A DNA stretch of 64,000 nt from Clostridia bacterium (GTDB lineage: Bacteria > Bacillota > Clostridia > Christensenellales > CAG-138), in contig JAFSEB010000075.1 in assembly GCA_017435905.1 (NCBI GenBank), forward strand, positions 4,452 to 68,451, given 5' to 3'. A program made the position numbers and the translations under genes. How positions within the stretch are numbered: position 1 is the first letter of the stretch; the number at the start of each line of letters is the position of its first letter. Positions 45,496 to 54,865 of this stretch are shown one piece after another. The notes under the pieces are model-generated. The model was not told where the DNA came from, made no database searches, and saw nothing but the letters and a program-made list of their open reading frames with translations.

Positions 45496-46833
45496 ATGGA
45501 AGAACAGATTCGCGAAACAAAAACTCTGCCCGAAATCACATTCTTTTTTGAGGATTTCCTGAAGTACCTGAAAAGGCTGTTTTATGTTCCAGTTATCCTT
45601 GCGCTTGCTGCGAGCATTGTCCTTTGCGGCTATTCCTACCTGCGCTACCACCCGATGTATGAGGCGTATGCAACGTTTGCCGTTCAGCTGAACGGACAGT
45701 ACGGCGCAGCATCCTCCTACTACAGCAAAGCCACGGCAGAACAGCTGGAAAAGACGTTTCCCGCCATACTGAACAGCGGGATCCTGAATGATACCGTTGC
45801 AAACGACCTTGGGGTGGACAAGCTGCCGGCTTCGATCCATGCAAGCGCAGGCAATGCAGCGCTATTTACCATCCGCTGTACCGCAGCCGATCCCGGGGAT
45901 GCATATGATGTGCTGATGGCAACGATCAAAAACTATCCCTCCGTTGCGCAGTATGTGGTGGGTGATACAAGTTTGCTGCTTGTTGATGAATCCGGCATAC
46001 CGGAAGAACCGTATAATTCCGTTGCCTTTATCGGTTCTGTCAAAAAAGGATGTGTGATCGGCATTGTGCTTTCTGCAGCGCTGATCGCACTTCTTGCTGC
46101 GACACGTAAAACGGTACGCAGCGTAGAGGATATCCGCCGCATTCTCAATATTCGCTGCATTGCGTCTCTTCCACAGATCCGCATCAAACGCCGCAGTGAC
46201 TCTTCCGGGGAAAATCATATCATCGCATTCCGGCATAATGTCTCACGCAGCTACACCGATGCGGTACGGCTGATGGGCGTCCGTGCGGAGGCTTTCCTCA
46301 AAAAAGAAGGGGGCAAGGTGCTTATGGTGACAAGTGCTGTGCCGGGAGAAGGCAAAACAAGCGTTTCATCGGGACTTGCACTTGCTTTTTCCAAACAGGG
46401 GAAGAGAGTTGCTTTGATCGATTGCGACCTTCGCAATCCTTCCGTGCTGCCTCGTTTCAAAAAAGATGTTGGCGAACAAAGCGGGATATTTGAGTATTTG
46501 TGCGGACAGGTAAAACTGCCGGAAATCTTTCTGCCCCTGGAGCCAAACCTTTGCGTGGTGCATGCAGGCAAGCCGGTACAAAATGCATCGGAAGTTCTCG
46601 ATTCGGCTGCTGTGCGCAGGCTGATCGAATATGCCGGAGAGCAATTTGATGTGGTGATTCTTGATACGCCGCCCAGTTATTTGCTTTCCGATGCACTTTC
46701 CGTCGCAAAGGTCGCAGATTCGGTGCTGTTTGTCATCAAACGAAACTATGCGCGCACCCATGCCGTAACGGAGGCTGTGGACCGCATTGCTGAAACGAAA
46801 CTGCCTTTTCTCGGGTGCGTATTGAACGGCTGA
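45496..46833 (+). CDS. Fused Wzz / BY-kinase (polysaccharide tyrosine autokinase) with intact motifs but no C-terminal Tyr cluster
   Basis: Walker A SAVPGEGKTS, Walker A' LIDCDLRNP, Walker B VVILDTPP. It ends ...LPFLGCVLNG without a tyrosine. Confidence 0.85.
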   Translation: MEEQIRETKTLPEITFFFEDFLKYLKRLFYVPVILALAASIVLCGYSYLRYHPMYEAYATFAVQLNGQYGAASSYYSKATAEQLEKTFPAILNSGILNDTVANDLGVDKLPASIHASAGNAALFTIRCTAADPGDAYDVLMATIKNYPSVAQYVVGDTSLLLVDESGIPEEPYNSVAFIGSVKKGCVIGIVLSAALIALLAATRKTVRSVEDIRRILNIRCIASLPQIRIKRRSDSSGENHIIAFRHNVSRSYTDAVRLMGVRAEAFLKKEGGKVLMVTSAVPGEGKTSVSSGLALAFSKQGKRVALIDCDLRNPSVLPRFKKDVGEQSGIFEYLCGQVKLPEIFLPLEPNLCVVHAGKPVQNASEVLDSAAVRRLIEYAGEQFDVVILDTPPSYLLSDALSVAKVADSVLFVIKRNYARTHAVTEAVDRIAETKLPFLGCVLNG

Positions 46834-46861
46834 GGGATTATTCTAAAAGGGGAACGCTGTT

Positions 46862-48571
46862 TTGATCGGAACGTTCAAAAAACTGAATCAAAAAATGCGA
46901 GACGGATCTATCCGGGAAATGATCGCCGAATTTCGCTGGCTGCTTCGCTATGCCTTGCGGTATAAAGGCACGATTCTCGTTCAACTCTTTTTTTCTGTTG
47001 CCGGCGTTCTCTTTGGTCTTTGCAGCAGCATAGCATCCAAAACGCTGATCAATTCCGTGATCAAAACGGAGCTTTCTCCTGCACTGTATGCAGGTGCTGC
47101 CATGGTGCTGCTTTCGCTCTTAAGCATCGGCATGCGAATGCTTTCCGGCCGCATCAGCGCAAAAGCAGGCGTGACGATCAGAAATGCGCTTGAAACGACG
47201 GTATTCGGAAAAATACTGAAAGCCAAATGGGAATCCTTGCAGGTATACAGAAGCGGCGATCTTCTGAACCGCCTTCACAGCGACACACGAACAGTCGTTA
47301 ACTGCATTATCGCTCTTTTTCCCGGGATGATCAGTGCCTCTTTTCAGTTTATCGGTGCATTGGTGATCGTACTGTATTTTGATGCCGCCATGGCGCTTAT
47401 TGCGCTGATCGGCATTCCCATCAGTGTATTGCTTTCCCGTACGCTTCTTCTGAAGCTGAGAAGCTATCAGGATAAGATCAGAAAAATGGACAGTGAGCTG
47501 ATGTCATTTGAAGAAGAGGCGTTCCACAATGTGGATCTGGTCAAAAGTCTCGGTATTATTGGGCTGTTTGAAAGAAAACTGTCCGGAATGCAGGCAAGCT
47601 ATCGGGAAACATATCTTTCCCATAACCGGCTCAGCGTTTCCGTTTCCGGCACCATGTCCTGTCTGGGCCTTCTTGTCAGCGGCGGCTGCTTTTGCTACGG
47701 CGCATACAGACTTTGGTCCGGTGCCATTGACTTTGGGACGATGACCTTGTTCCTGCAGCTTGCCACATCTCTTTCGGGCGCATTTTCCCTATTAACGGGG
47801 TACATTCCTCAGCTGATCGGTACTGCAACGGCGGTAGGGCGCATCATGGCTGTGACTGAGCTTCCTGCAGAAAATGAAGCTTGTCCGCAAATCGATCCGG
47901 AAAAAGGATTGCACATTCATCTTTCCGATGTATCGTTTGCCTATGAAACAGGTACGCCTGTCTTGGAATCGGTGTGTTTTGATGCATCTGCCGGTATGAC
48001 GGTGGGCCTTGTCGGTACTTCGGGTGAGGGAAAGACCACGTTCCTGCGGCTGCTTCTCGGATTGCTTGACTATTCCGGCAATGCTGTGATTTTCGATTGC
48101 AGCGGAAAGGAAGCAGCTGTTTCTGCTGCCACACGCAGCTTTGTTTCCTATGTGCCGCAGGATAACATTATGTTTGCCGGTACCGTTGCAGAGAACATGC
48201 GTATGGTGAAAGAATCTGCAACCGATGAAGAGATCATTGAAGCATTGAAGACAGCCTGCGCTTACGACGAGATCATCAGCCGATTGCCCGATGGGATCAA
48301 CAGCAAGATAGGTGAGAAGGGAAAAGGCTTTTCGGAAGGGCAGATACAGCGGTTTTCCATTGCCCGTGCTCTTTTGAAAGATGCGCCCATCTTGCTTCTT
48401 GATGAAGCAACGAGTGCCCTTGATATGGAAACAGAGCAGCAGGTGATCAAAAACCTGATCCGGCAGAACAGCAGGCGTATCTGCATCGTTTCAACTCACC
48501 GTACCGGTGCTCTTTCGCTGTGCGATGCCGTTTACCGGGTGGATGACACACAACTTACCTTAGAAAACTGA
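46862..48571 (+). CDS. ABC exporter, fused permease/ATPase (MsbA-like type I exporter)
   Basis: 6 TM helices at the N-terminus, Walker A GTSGEGKTT, signature FSEGQIQR and Walker B ILLLDEATSALD. TTG start; an alternative ATG lies at 46895. Confidence 0.85.
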   Translation: MIGTFKKLNQKMRDGSIREMIAEFRWLLRYALRYKGTILVQLFFSVAGVLFGLCSSIASKTLINSVIKTELSPALYAGAAMVLLSLLSIGMRMLSGRISAKAGVTIRNALETTVFGKILKAKWESLQVYRSGDLLNRLHSDTRTVVNCIIALFPGMISASFQFIGALVIVLYFDAAMALIALIGIPISVLLSRTLLLKLRSYQDKIRKMDSELMSFEEEAFHNVDLVKSLGIIGLFERKLSGMQASYRETYLSHNRLSVSVSGTMSCLGLLVSGGCFCYGAYRLWSGAIDFGTMTLFLQLATSLSGAFSLLTGYIPQLIGTATAVGRIMAVTELPAENEACPQIDPEKGLHIHLSDVSFAYETGTPVLESVCFDASAGMTVGLVGTSGEGKTTFLRLLLGLLDYSGNAVIFDCSGKEAAVSAATRSFVSYVPQDNIMFAGTVAENMRMVKESATDEEIIEALKTACAYDEIISRLPDGINSKIGEKGKGFSEGQIQRFSIARALLKDAPILLLDEATSALDMETEQQVIKNLIRQNSRRICIVSTHRTGALSLCDAVYRVDDTQLTLEN

Positions 48572-48635
48572 TGTTGTGCCGGGTTTGATGACTGTGATAC
48601 AATCAGATAACCCTTGATCATGGAGGAAATATAGA

Positions 48636-49184
48636 ATGTCTTTCTTTTCGGAAGGCTTCACCAAAAGCAAACTGACGGTTCTTTTCTTTCTGAAGGAACT
48701 TTCCGTGAATCTGACAAAAAATCAGATCGCAACGTTTTCTGCTGCTTATGACCTGATCCCATACTTTGAACTGCAGAGCGCCATCTATGAATTGGAGGAG
48801 GAGGGCTTTCTTGCAGCGGTTCCTCGTCCTTACGGACAGACCTACTGCCTGACTCCGAAGGGAGAAGAGACGCTCGAAATGTTTGTTGAGCGGCTTCCGC
48901 AATCCATGCGTGACAGGATTTCCGACTATGCGGATGAGTGCAGGGAAAAACTGCGCCTTGAAACGCAGTTTTCCACATCTGTTGAAAAAGTCGGATCAAA
49001 CGGGGCCTGCCGTTTGACATTAAGAGCCATGGAGCAGCGAGGCGACCTTCTGCAGATCGCCATTCTGCTTCCCGATAATGCGACAGCAAATCATGCCGCA
49101 TCCCTCTGGCCCGATAAGGCGGAGATCATCTATAAAACCGTTCTTTCCGAGCTTCTTTCGGAAAAAGGATCAAACGAAACGTAA
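48636..49184 (+). CDS. DUF4364-family protein (putative winged-helix regulator)
   Basis: KLTVLFFLKELSVNLTKNQIATFSAAYDLIPYFELQSAIYELEEEGFLAA matches my recollection of the DUF4364 N-terminal pattern. GGAGGA RBS. Confidence 0.55.
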   Translation: MSFFSEGFTKSKLTVLFFLKELSVNLTKNQIATFSAAYDLIPYFELQSAIYELEEEGFLAAVPRPYGQTYCLTPKGEETLEMFVERLPQSMRDRISDYADECREKLRLETQFSTSVEKVGSNGACRLTLRAMEQRGDLLQIAILLPDNATANHAASLWPDKAEIIYKTVLSELLSEKGSNET

Positions 49185-49598
49185 CAGCTGATCCATATGG
49201 CGACGCTGTGCGCTCCTGAGCCGCTCTGCCAGCTGAAGCACCGCTTCATCTGCATCTTCGGCCTCACGGAGCGCTTTTGTTATGTCGATCAGACCCATCA
49301 CATTTCCACGCACGAGCATTTCTGCCATGTGGGAAGATGTTTTATCGATGCGAAGGTGCATCGACATAGAGGAAAATACCATTTTCTTTCCCCACGTGAT
49401 CACATCACGCACCAGTATCCCACGCAAATTAAGTGCTTCGTGTGTGGCCTGCATAATGCTGTGGTAAACCGTGAACTGTTCCGCCATCAAGCTGCGAAAC
49501 TCCGCATCTTCGCATTGGCGGATCAGGCGGCCGAGAACAGAACGCTCCATATCGGCATTTTTGTAGACTTCTGTTAAAAGCTCAATGTTATGATCCAT
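49170..49598 (-). CDS. Hypothetical helical-bundle protein
   Basis: 142 aa counted from the ATG at 49598, with a GGAGGTG RBS. The product is predicted all-helical. I recognise no motif. Its 3' end overlaps the convergent DUF4364 gene by 15 nt. Confidence 0.45.
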   Translation of the reverse strand: MDHNIELLTEVYKNADMERSVLGRLIRQCEDAEFRSLMAEQFTVYHSIMQATHEALNLRGILVRDVITWGKKMVFSSMSMHLRIDKTSSHMAEMLVRGNVMGLIDITKALREAEDADEAVLQLAERLRSAQRRHMDQLLRFV

Positions 49599-49652
49599 AC
49601 TTTTTCTCACCTCCATGTTTATTTTTCCGGTAGAACGGGAAAATATGCGACC

Positions 49653-49681
49653 TTGCAGGCTGTGAAGCATTATATTATAAT
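49653..49681 (+). promoter_or_regulatory. Sigma-A promoter for parE-parC
   Basis: TTGCAG (49653-49658), a 17-nt spacer, then TATAAT (49676-49681). Confidence 0.6.
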
Positions 49682-49746
49682 ATAATGTGGATATAAATTA
49701 CGAAGAATACAATATTTGGTATTCACGTCACCATTGGAGGGACGAA

Positions 49747-51723
49747 ATGGCAAAGGATTACAGCGTCAGTGATATTAAGATCATGGAAGGCCTTGAAGCG
49801 GTTCGTATGCGCCCCGGTATGTATATCGGCAGCACGGGAACGCGCGGTCTTCATCATATGCTTTGGGAGATCGTGGACAATGCGGTGGACGAAGCCGCAA
49901 ACGGCTATGCCAACGAGATCTCGATCACCCTGCACAGGGATCTTTCCGTTACGGTAGAGGACAACGGCCGCGGTATCCCGGTCGGGATCCATGAAAAGCT
50001 TGGCGTCAGCGGTGTTGAGGTCGTCTTCACCCAGCTGCATGCAGGCGGCAAATTCAATAACGATTCTTACGGATACTCCGGCGGTCTTCACGGCGTTGGC
50101 GCATCCGTTGTGAATGCGCTTTCCGAGTGGGTCAAAGTGCAGGTATGTACGGAGGGAAGAGCCTACGAACAAAACTTCCGCAGCTACCGTGATGCGGAGG
50201 GTGTTATGCATTCCGGCGTTCCCATGGCACCCCTTGCGGAAACCGGCAGAACTCGCCGTCAGGGTTCAAAGGTCACCTTCCTGCCCGATAAGGAGGTATT
50301 CGAGACCCTCGACATGCAGTACGAAACGATCGTAAAGCGTTTGCGTGAACTTGCATATCTCAACAAGGGGATCATGTTCCGCATTTCCGATGAAAGGGAG
50401 CGTGGCAAGCAAAAACAGATGGAGTTTAAGTTCGACGGCGGCCTGTCTGACTTTGCACGCTACCTGAATGCGGACAAAACCGCTCTTTACGAGGAACCGC
50501 TTCATATCAGCGGAAAGAAGGATGATATCGTTGTTGAGATCGCCATGCAGCACAATGACGGTTATTCCGAAAGCATTTTCTCCTATGTTAATAATATTCC
50601 CACAACAGAAGGCGGTACCCACGAGACCGGCTTCAAAGCGGCGCTGACGAAGATTTTGAATGATTACTGCCGTAAAAACAACATTTTGAAGGATAAGGAT
50701 CCGTCTCTTTCCGGCGAGGATTTCAGGGAAGGTTTGACGGCGGTCATCTCTCTCAAAATGCGCAGCATTCAGTTTGAAGGGCAGACCAAGACACGCCTTG
50801 GCAATACGGAAGCAAGGCCTGCCGTTGAGTATGTGATGAACGAAATGCTCGTTCCGCTGCTGGAGGATCTTAAAAACGCAGATACCGCAGCAAAGATCGC
50901 AGATAAAGCCGTCAAGGCTGCTCATGTGCGTGAAACGGCACGAAAGGCCAAAAACATGGCACGTGAGAAGAGCAAGCTTGAAAATGCGCCTCTTGTGGGT
51001 AAGCTTTCAAGCTGTACCGGCCGCAATCCGCTTATGAACGAGCTGTTTATCGTAGAGGGCGACAGTGCAGGCGGCAGCGCAAAGCAGGGAAGAGACAGGC
51101 GTTTCCAGGCGATCCTGCCCCTTCGGGGAAAGCCTCTTAACGTTGAAAAGAAACGCCTTGATCAGGTGCTTGCCAACGACGAGTTCCGTTCTATCATCAC
51201 AGCCCTCGGCACCGGCATTGGCGAAGGATTCAACATTGAAAACCTGAAGTATAACAAGATCATCATCCTTTCCGATGCGGACCAGGACGGCGCTCATATT
51301 CGTGCCATTCTCCTTACGTTCTTCTACCGCTATATGCGTGAACTGATCACGGATGGACATGTCTATATCGGTCAGCCGCCGCTCTATAAGATCCAGCGGG
51401 GGAAGGAAGCGCAGTATGTTTATGACGACGCTGCCCTTGCAAAGGCGCTGAAGGGGAGCGGCAAAAACTACACACTGCAGCGCTACAAGGGTCTTGGCGA
51501 GATGAATCCGGAGCAGCTTTGGGAAACCACCATGAACCCGGAGCACCGCTCGCTGGTTCGGGTCACGATCGAAGATGCTGCGGATGTGGAGCATATCGTT
51601 ACCATTCTTATGGGGGACAAGGTGGCGCCCCGTAAGGAATACATCAGCGAGTTTGCGGATTTCAACAAGATCGATACATTTGAAAGCAGGGCAAATGTCA
51701 GCAAGCCCGGACAGGAAGGATAA
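49747..51723 (+). CDS. parE: Type IIA topoisomerase subunit B (probably topoisomerase IV ParE)
   Basis: LEAVRMRPGMYIGSTG, HHMLWEIVDNAVDEA, EGDSAGGSAKQGRDR, PLRGKPLNV and DADQDGAHI. The ParE assignment follows from the ParC-like partner. Start at 49747 (GGAGGGACGAAATG). Confidence 0.8.
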   Translation: MAKDYSVSDIKIMEGLEAVRMRPGMYIGSTGTRGLHHMLWEIVDNAVDEAANGYANEISITLHRDLSVTVEDNGRGIPVGIHEKLGVSGVEVVFTQLHAGGKFNNDSYGYSGGLHGVGASVVNALSEWVKVQVCTEGRAYEQNFRSYRDAEGVMHSGVPMAPLAETGRTRRQGSKVTFLPDKEVFETLDMQYETIVKRLRELAYLNKGIMFRISDERERGKQKQMEFKFDGGLSDFARYLNADKTALYEEPLHISGKKDDIVVEIAMQHNDGYSESIFSYVNNIPTTEGGTHETGFKAALTKILNDYCRKNNILKDKDPSLSGEDFREGLTAVISLKMRSIQFEGQTKTRLGNTEARPAVEYVMNEMLVPLLEDLKNADTAAKIADKAVKAAHVRETARKAKNMAREKSKLENAPLVGKLSSCTGRNPLMNELFIVEGDSAGGSAKQGRDRRFQAILPLRGKPLNVEKKRLDQVLANDEFRSIITALGTGIGEGFNIENLKYNKIIILSDADQDGAHIRAILLTFFYRYMRELITDGHVYIGQPPLYKIQRGKEAQYVYDDAALAKALKGSGKNYTLQRYKGLGEMNPEQLWETTMNPEHRSLVRVTIEDAADVEHIVTILMGDKVAPRKEYISEFADFNKIDTFESRANVSKPGQEG

Positions 51724-51729
51724 ACACCT

Positions 51730-54150
51730 ATGGCAAAGAAAAACGATCTACCGCCCGCAGTAAGCGGCGAAAACATCCTTGTCCGCGGCATGGAAGATGT
51801 CATGCACAATTCCATGATCCCCTATGCGGAGCATGTCATTCTTGAGCGTGCCCTGCCGAGAGTGGAGGATGGTCTAAAACCCGTGCAGCGGCGCATCCTT
51901 TTCACTATGATGGGTCTTGGTGTTACGCCGGATAAGCCCCATAGAAAGAGCGCACGCATCGTCGGCGATTGTCTCGGTAAATACCATCCTCACGGTGACA
52001 GCTCCGTATACGATGCCATGGTGCGTCTTGCACAGGGCTTCAACATGCAGATGCCTCTCGTGGACGGCCACGGTAACTTCGGTTCCGTTGACGGAGACAG
52101 CGCCGCTGCTATGCGTTATACGGAAGCACGCATGACGCCCCTTGCGCTGGAGCTTCTTCGTGATATTGATAAGGATACCGTCAAATTCAGTCTGAACTTT
52201 GATGATACCCAAAAGGAACCAGATCTTCTGCCCGGGCGCTTTCCGAATCTTCTTGTCAACGGCGCCAGCGGTATTGCGGTAGGACTTGCCACGAACATTC
52301 CGCCCCATAACTTCAACGAAACCATCGATGCTGTCATTGCGCAGATGGAAGATCCCGATATCTCCCTTGATGCACTCATGAAGATCATCCCCTGTCCGGA
52401 TTTTCCGACAGGAGCCTATATCCTCGATTCGGAAGAGATCCGCACTGCCTATGAAACCGGTCGTGCCAAACTGACCCTTCGTGCAAAAACGGAGATCGAG
52501 ACGCTGAAAAACGGCAAGAAGCTGATCGTAGTGCATGAGCTTCCGTATCAGGTCAACAAAGCGAAGGCGCTTGAGGAGATCCTGCGTGTTGCGCAGGAGA
52601 AAAAGACGCTCTTCGCAGGCATCAGCGACATCCGTGATGAATCGGATCGCATGGGCATGCGTGCCGTGATCGAAGTGAAAAAGGATGCGGATGCGGAGAA
52701 GATCCTGCAGTATCTTTATAAGTATTCCGATCTGCAAATGACCTTTGGCGTCAACATGGTGGCAATTGCGGAGGGCAAACCGCAGCAGATGGGCCTCAAG
52801 AAAATGATCGCCTATTACATTGCCCATCAGGAGGATGTGGTCACACGCCGTACCCGGTTCGATCTTGATGCGGCAGAACGCAGGGAGCATATCCTCGAAG
52901 GTCTTATGACGGCGATCCTCAACATCGATGAAGTGATTGCATTGATCCGTGCCTCCAAGACACCGAAGGCTGCCCGTGATGGGTTGATGGAGCGCTTTGC
53001 GTTGACGGAAGTACAGGCACAGGCAATTCTCGACCTTCGTTTGCAGCGCCTGACCAACCTTGAACTTGTGGCTATCCGCAAGGAGTATGAGGATATCAAG
53101 AAACGCATCAAAGAGCTTAAAGCCATTCTTGCATCTCCCGCAAAGCTGCGTGCAGTCATCAAAAAAGAGCTGATTGAGATCCGTGACCGCTACAGCACTC
53201 CCCGCCGCACTACGCTGATCAGCGGAGAGAAGGAGATCGCGATCCCGACTGAAGAGAAAAAGCTTTCCGAAGAGACGCTCGTACTTCTTCTTGACGGTGC
53301 CAGGATCCGCAGGCTGCAGAAGCGTGCAGGCGCTTTGCCTCAGCTTCCCGAAGGGGAAAGGATCCTTCAGGTATTTGATACGAAGACAGATGTTCGCCTT
53401 AAGTTCTTTACGAATCTTGGCAGCTGTGTCACGCTGACGGTGGAGGAGATCCCCGAAAGCAAGCCCGGAGGAAGACCCACCAATCTCAACTCGCTCTTTA
53501 CCCTTGAAAAGGATGAGCGGATCGTGACCTGCATGGAAGAAGTACAGGCAGGCGGTCTTTACTTCTTTACCGCACAGGGCAATGTAAAACTGACCGATGC
53601 CGCCGAGTATGTAAGCCGCACACGGCGTGTACAGGCGATTTCCCTGAAAGAAGGAGATGCGCTTCTTGGTGTGCAGCCGAGAAAGGAGAATACGATTCTT
53701 CTTATTACCAAGTGTGGCATGAGCATCCGCTTTGAAACGGATTCCATACCGCAGATGGGCAGAGTGTCGGGCGGTGTCAAATGCATCAAGCTTGAAGAAG
53801 CGGATGAAGTGGTCTGGTTTGAACAGATCGGTGAAGATGGCGAGATCCTTGTTCTGACAGACCGTGGCTATGCAAAGCGTTCTTTTGTGTTTGACTATGA
53901 TATTCAAGGCCGCAACGGAAAGGGCTTGAAGACCTTTGACTTCAAGAAAAACGGCAGCAACGGCACGTGTATTTCTGCAGCATTCTACGTCAAAATGCCC
54001 TTTGACTTTGTTGTGGAACAAAAGCACGGCTTAAAAACGGATATCAATACGGATTTTGTCCGTATCGATTCGAGGGCAGGAAAAGGCATGCTTCTTATTA
54101 TGACCCTGCTGGACGATGTTGTAACGGCAGCTTATCCGAAACTGCTGTAA
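51730..54150 (+). CDS. parC: Type IIA topoisomerase subunit A (probably topoisomerase IV ParC)
   Basis: DGLKPVQRRILF (Q as in ParC; GyrA has H), YHPHGDSSVYDAMVRLAQ (SS as in ParC) and the AAMRYTEARM catalytic Tyr. There is no canonical GyrA box at the start of the CTD. Confidence 0.75.
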   Translation: MAKKNDLPPAVSGENILVRGMEDVMHNSMIPYAEHVILERALPRVEDGLKPVQRRILFTMMGLGVTPDKPHRKSARIVGDCLGKYHPHGDSSVYDAMVRLAQGFNMQMPLVDGHGNFGSVDGDSAAAMRYTEARMTPLALELLRDIDKDTVKFSLNFDDTQKEPDLLPGRFPNLLVNGASGIAVGLATNIPPHNFNETIDAVIAQMEDPDISLDALMKIIPCPDFPTGAYILDSEEIRTAYETGRAKLTLRAKTEIETLKNGKKLIVVHELPYQVNKAKALEEILRVAQEKKTLFAGISDIRDESDRMGMRAVIEVKKDADAEKILQYLYKYSDLQMTFGVNMVAIAEGKPQQMGLKKMIAYYIAHQEDVVTRRTRFDLDAAERREHILEGLMTAILNIDEVIALIRASKTPKAARDGLMERFALTEVQAQAILDLRLQRLTNLELVAIRKEYEDIKKRIKELKAILASPAKLRAVIKKELIEIRDRYSTPRRTTLISGEKEIAIPTEEKKLSEETLVLLLDGARIRRLQKRAGALPQLPEGERILQVFDTKTDVRLKFFTNLGSCVTLTVEEIPESKPGGRPTNLNSLFTLEKDERIVTCMEEVQAGGLYFFTAQGNVKLTDAAEYVSRTRRVQAISLKEGDALLGVQPRKENTILLITKCGMSIRFETDSIPQMGRVSGGVKCIKLEEADEVVWFEQIGEDGEILVLTDRGYAKRSFVFDYDIQGRNGKGLKTFDFKKNGSNGTCISAAFYVKMPFDFVVEQKHGLKTDINTDFVRIDSRAGKGMLLIMTLLDDVVTAAYPKLL

Positions 54151-54221
54151 ATGCATACACATATCCGGGCGTGATCGCACATATCCATAGAACCATTCCA
54201 AAGAATGAATGGGGAAGGGAT

Positions 54222-54839
54222 ATGGACAAAGAACAGCAAACCAATTTCATCAGGATCGCCGGAACGGTCAAAGGGGAAACACGTGCAGATCATGTTCTGT
54301 ACGGGGAAACGTTTTATCTGTCGCATATTGAGGTGCTGCGGTTGAGCGGCGTGAAGGATACACTTCCGCTGCTGATCCCTGAACGGCTTCTTGAAACAAT
54401 GCCGGAAGAGGGAGACGCCGTTGAGATAACGGGGCAGATCCGCTCTTATAACAAGCGTGGCGAAAGCGGCAGCCGCTTGATGGTGACGGTTTTTGCACGC
54501 TCGTTTGTGACGGTTTCGCCCGAATATCTCGTTCCGTGCAATGAAGTATCCCTTTGCGGTTTTCTGTGCAAGGATGCAAACTACCGCACTACACCTTTTC
54601 AACGTGAAATTGCGGATATGCTTTTGGCGGTAAACCGGTCTTACCACAAATCCGACTATCTTCCCTGCATCGCCTGGGGCAGAAACGCCCGCTTTGCGCA
54701 GGGGATCGGCGTGGGAACGCAGCTGCAGATAACAGGCCGGCTGCAAAGCAGGAATTACCAGAAAAGCATGCCGGATGGAAGCGTTCAGGAAAGGACTACC
54801 TATGAAGTATCCTGCTCATCCATTGAGCCGGTACCGTAA
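54222..54839 (+). CDS. SSB-like OB-fold protein (two OB-like halves, no acidic tail)
   Basis: N..RIAGTV......HVLYGETFY...IEVLRLSGVKDTLPLLIPERLL... recalls a clostridial family annotated as single-stranded DNA-binding protein. The second half reads ...LQITGRLQSRNYQK.... Confidence 0.5.
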   Translation: MDKEQQTNFIRIAGTVKGETRADHVLYGETFYLSHIEVLRLSGVKDTLPLLIPERLLETMPEEGDAVEITGQIRSYNKRGESGSRLMVTVFARSFVTVSPEYLVPCNEVSLCGFLCKDANYRTTPFQREIADMLLAVNRSYHKSDYLPCIAWGRNARFAQGIGVGTQLQITGRLQSRNYQKSMPDGSVQERTTYEVSCSSIEPVP

Positions 54840-54865
54840 ATCATATCAAACCAAGGAGAAAGAAT

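Noticed and set aside
49747-54150. The type IIA topoisomerase pair might be DNA gyrase (gyrB/gyrA). A QGRNGKG string near residue 735 resembles a GyrA box.
   Set aside because: The A subunit has the ParC-type signatures KPVQRRIL and HPHGDSSVY. The GyrA-box-like string is near the C-terminus rather than at the first CTD blade. The genes are also not in the dnaA-dnaN-recF-gyrB context. The ParE/ParC call is still only about 75-80% confident without a phylogeny.
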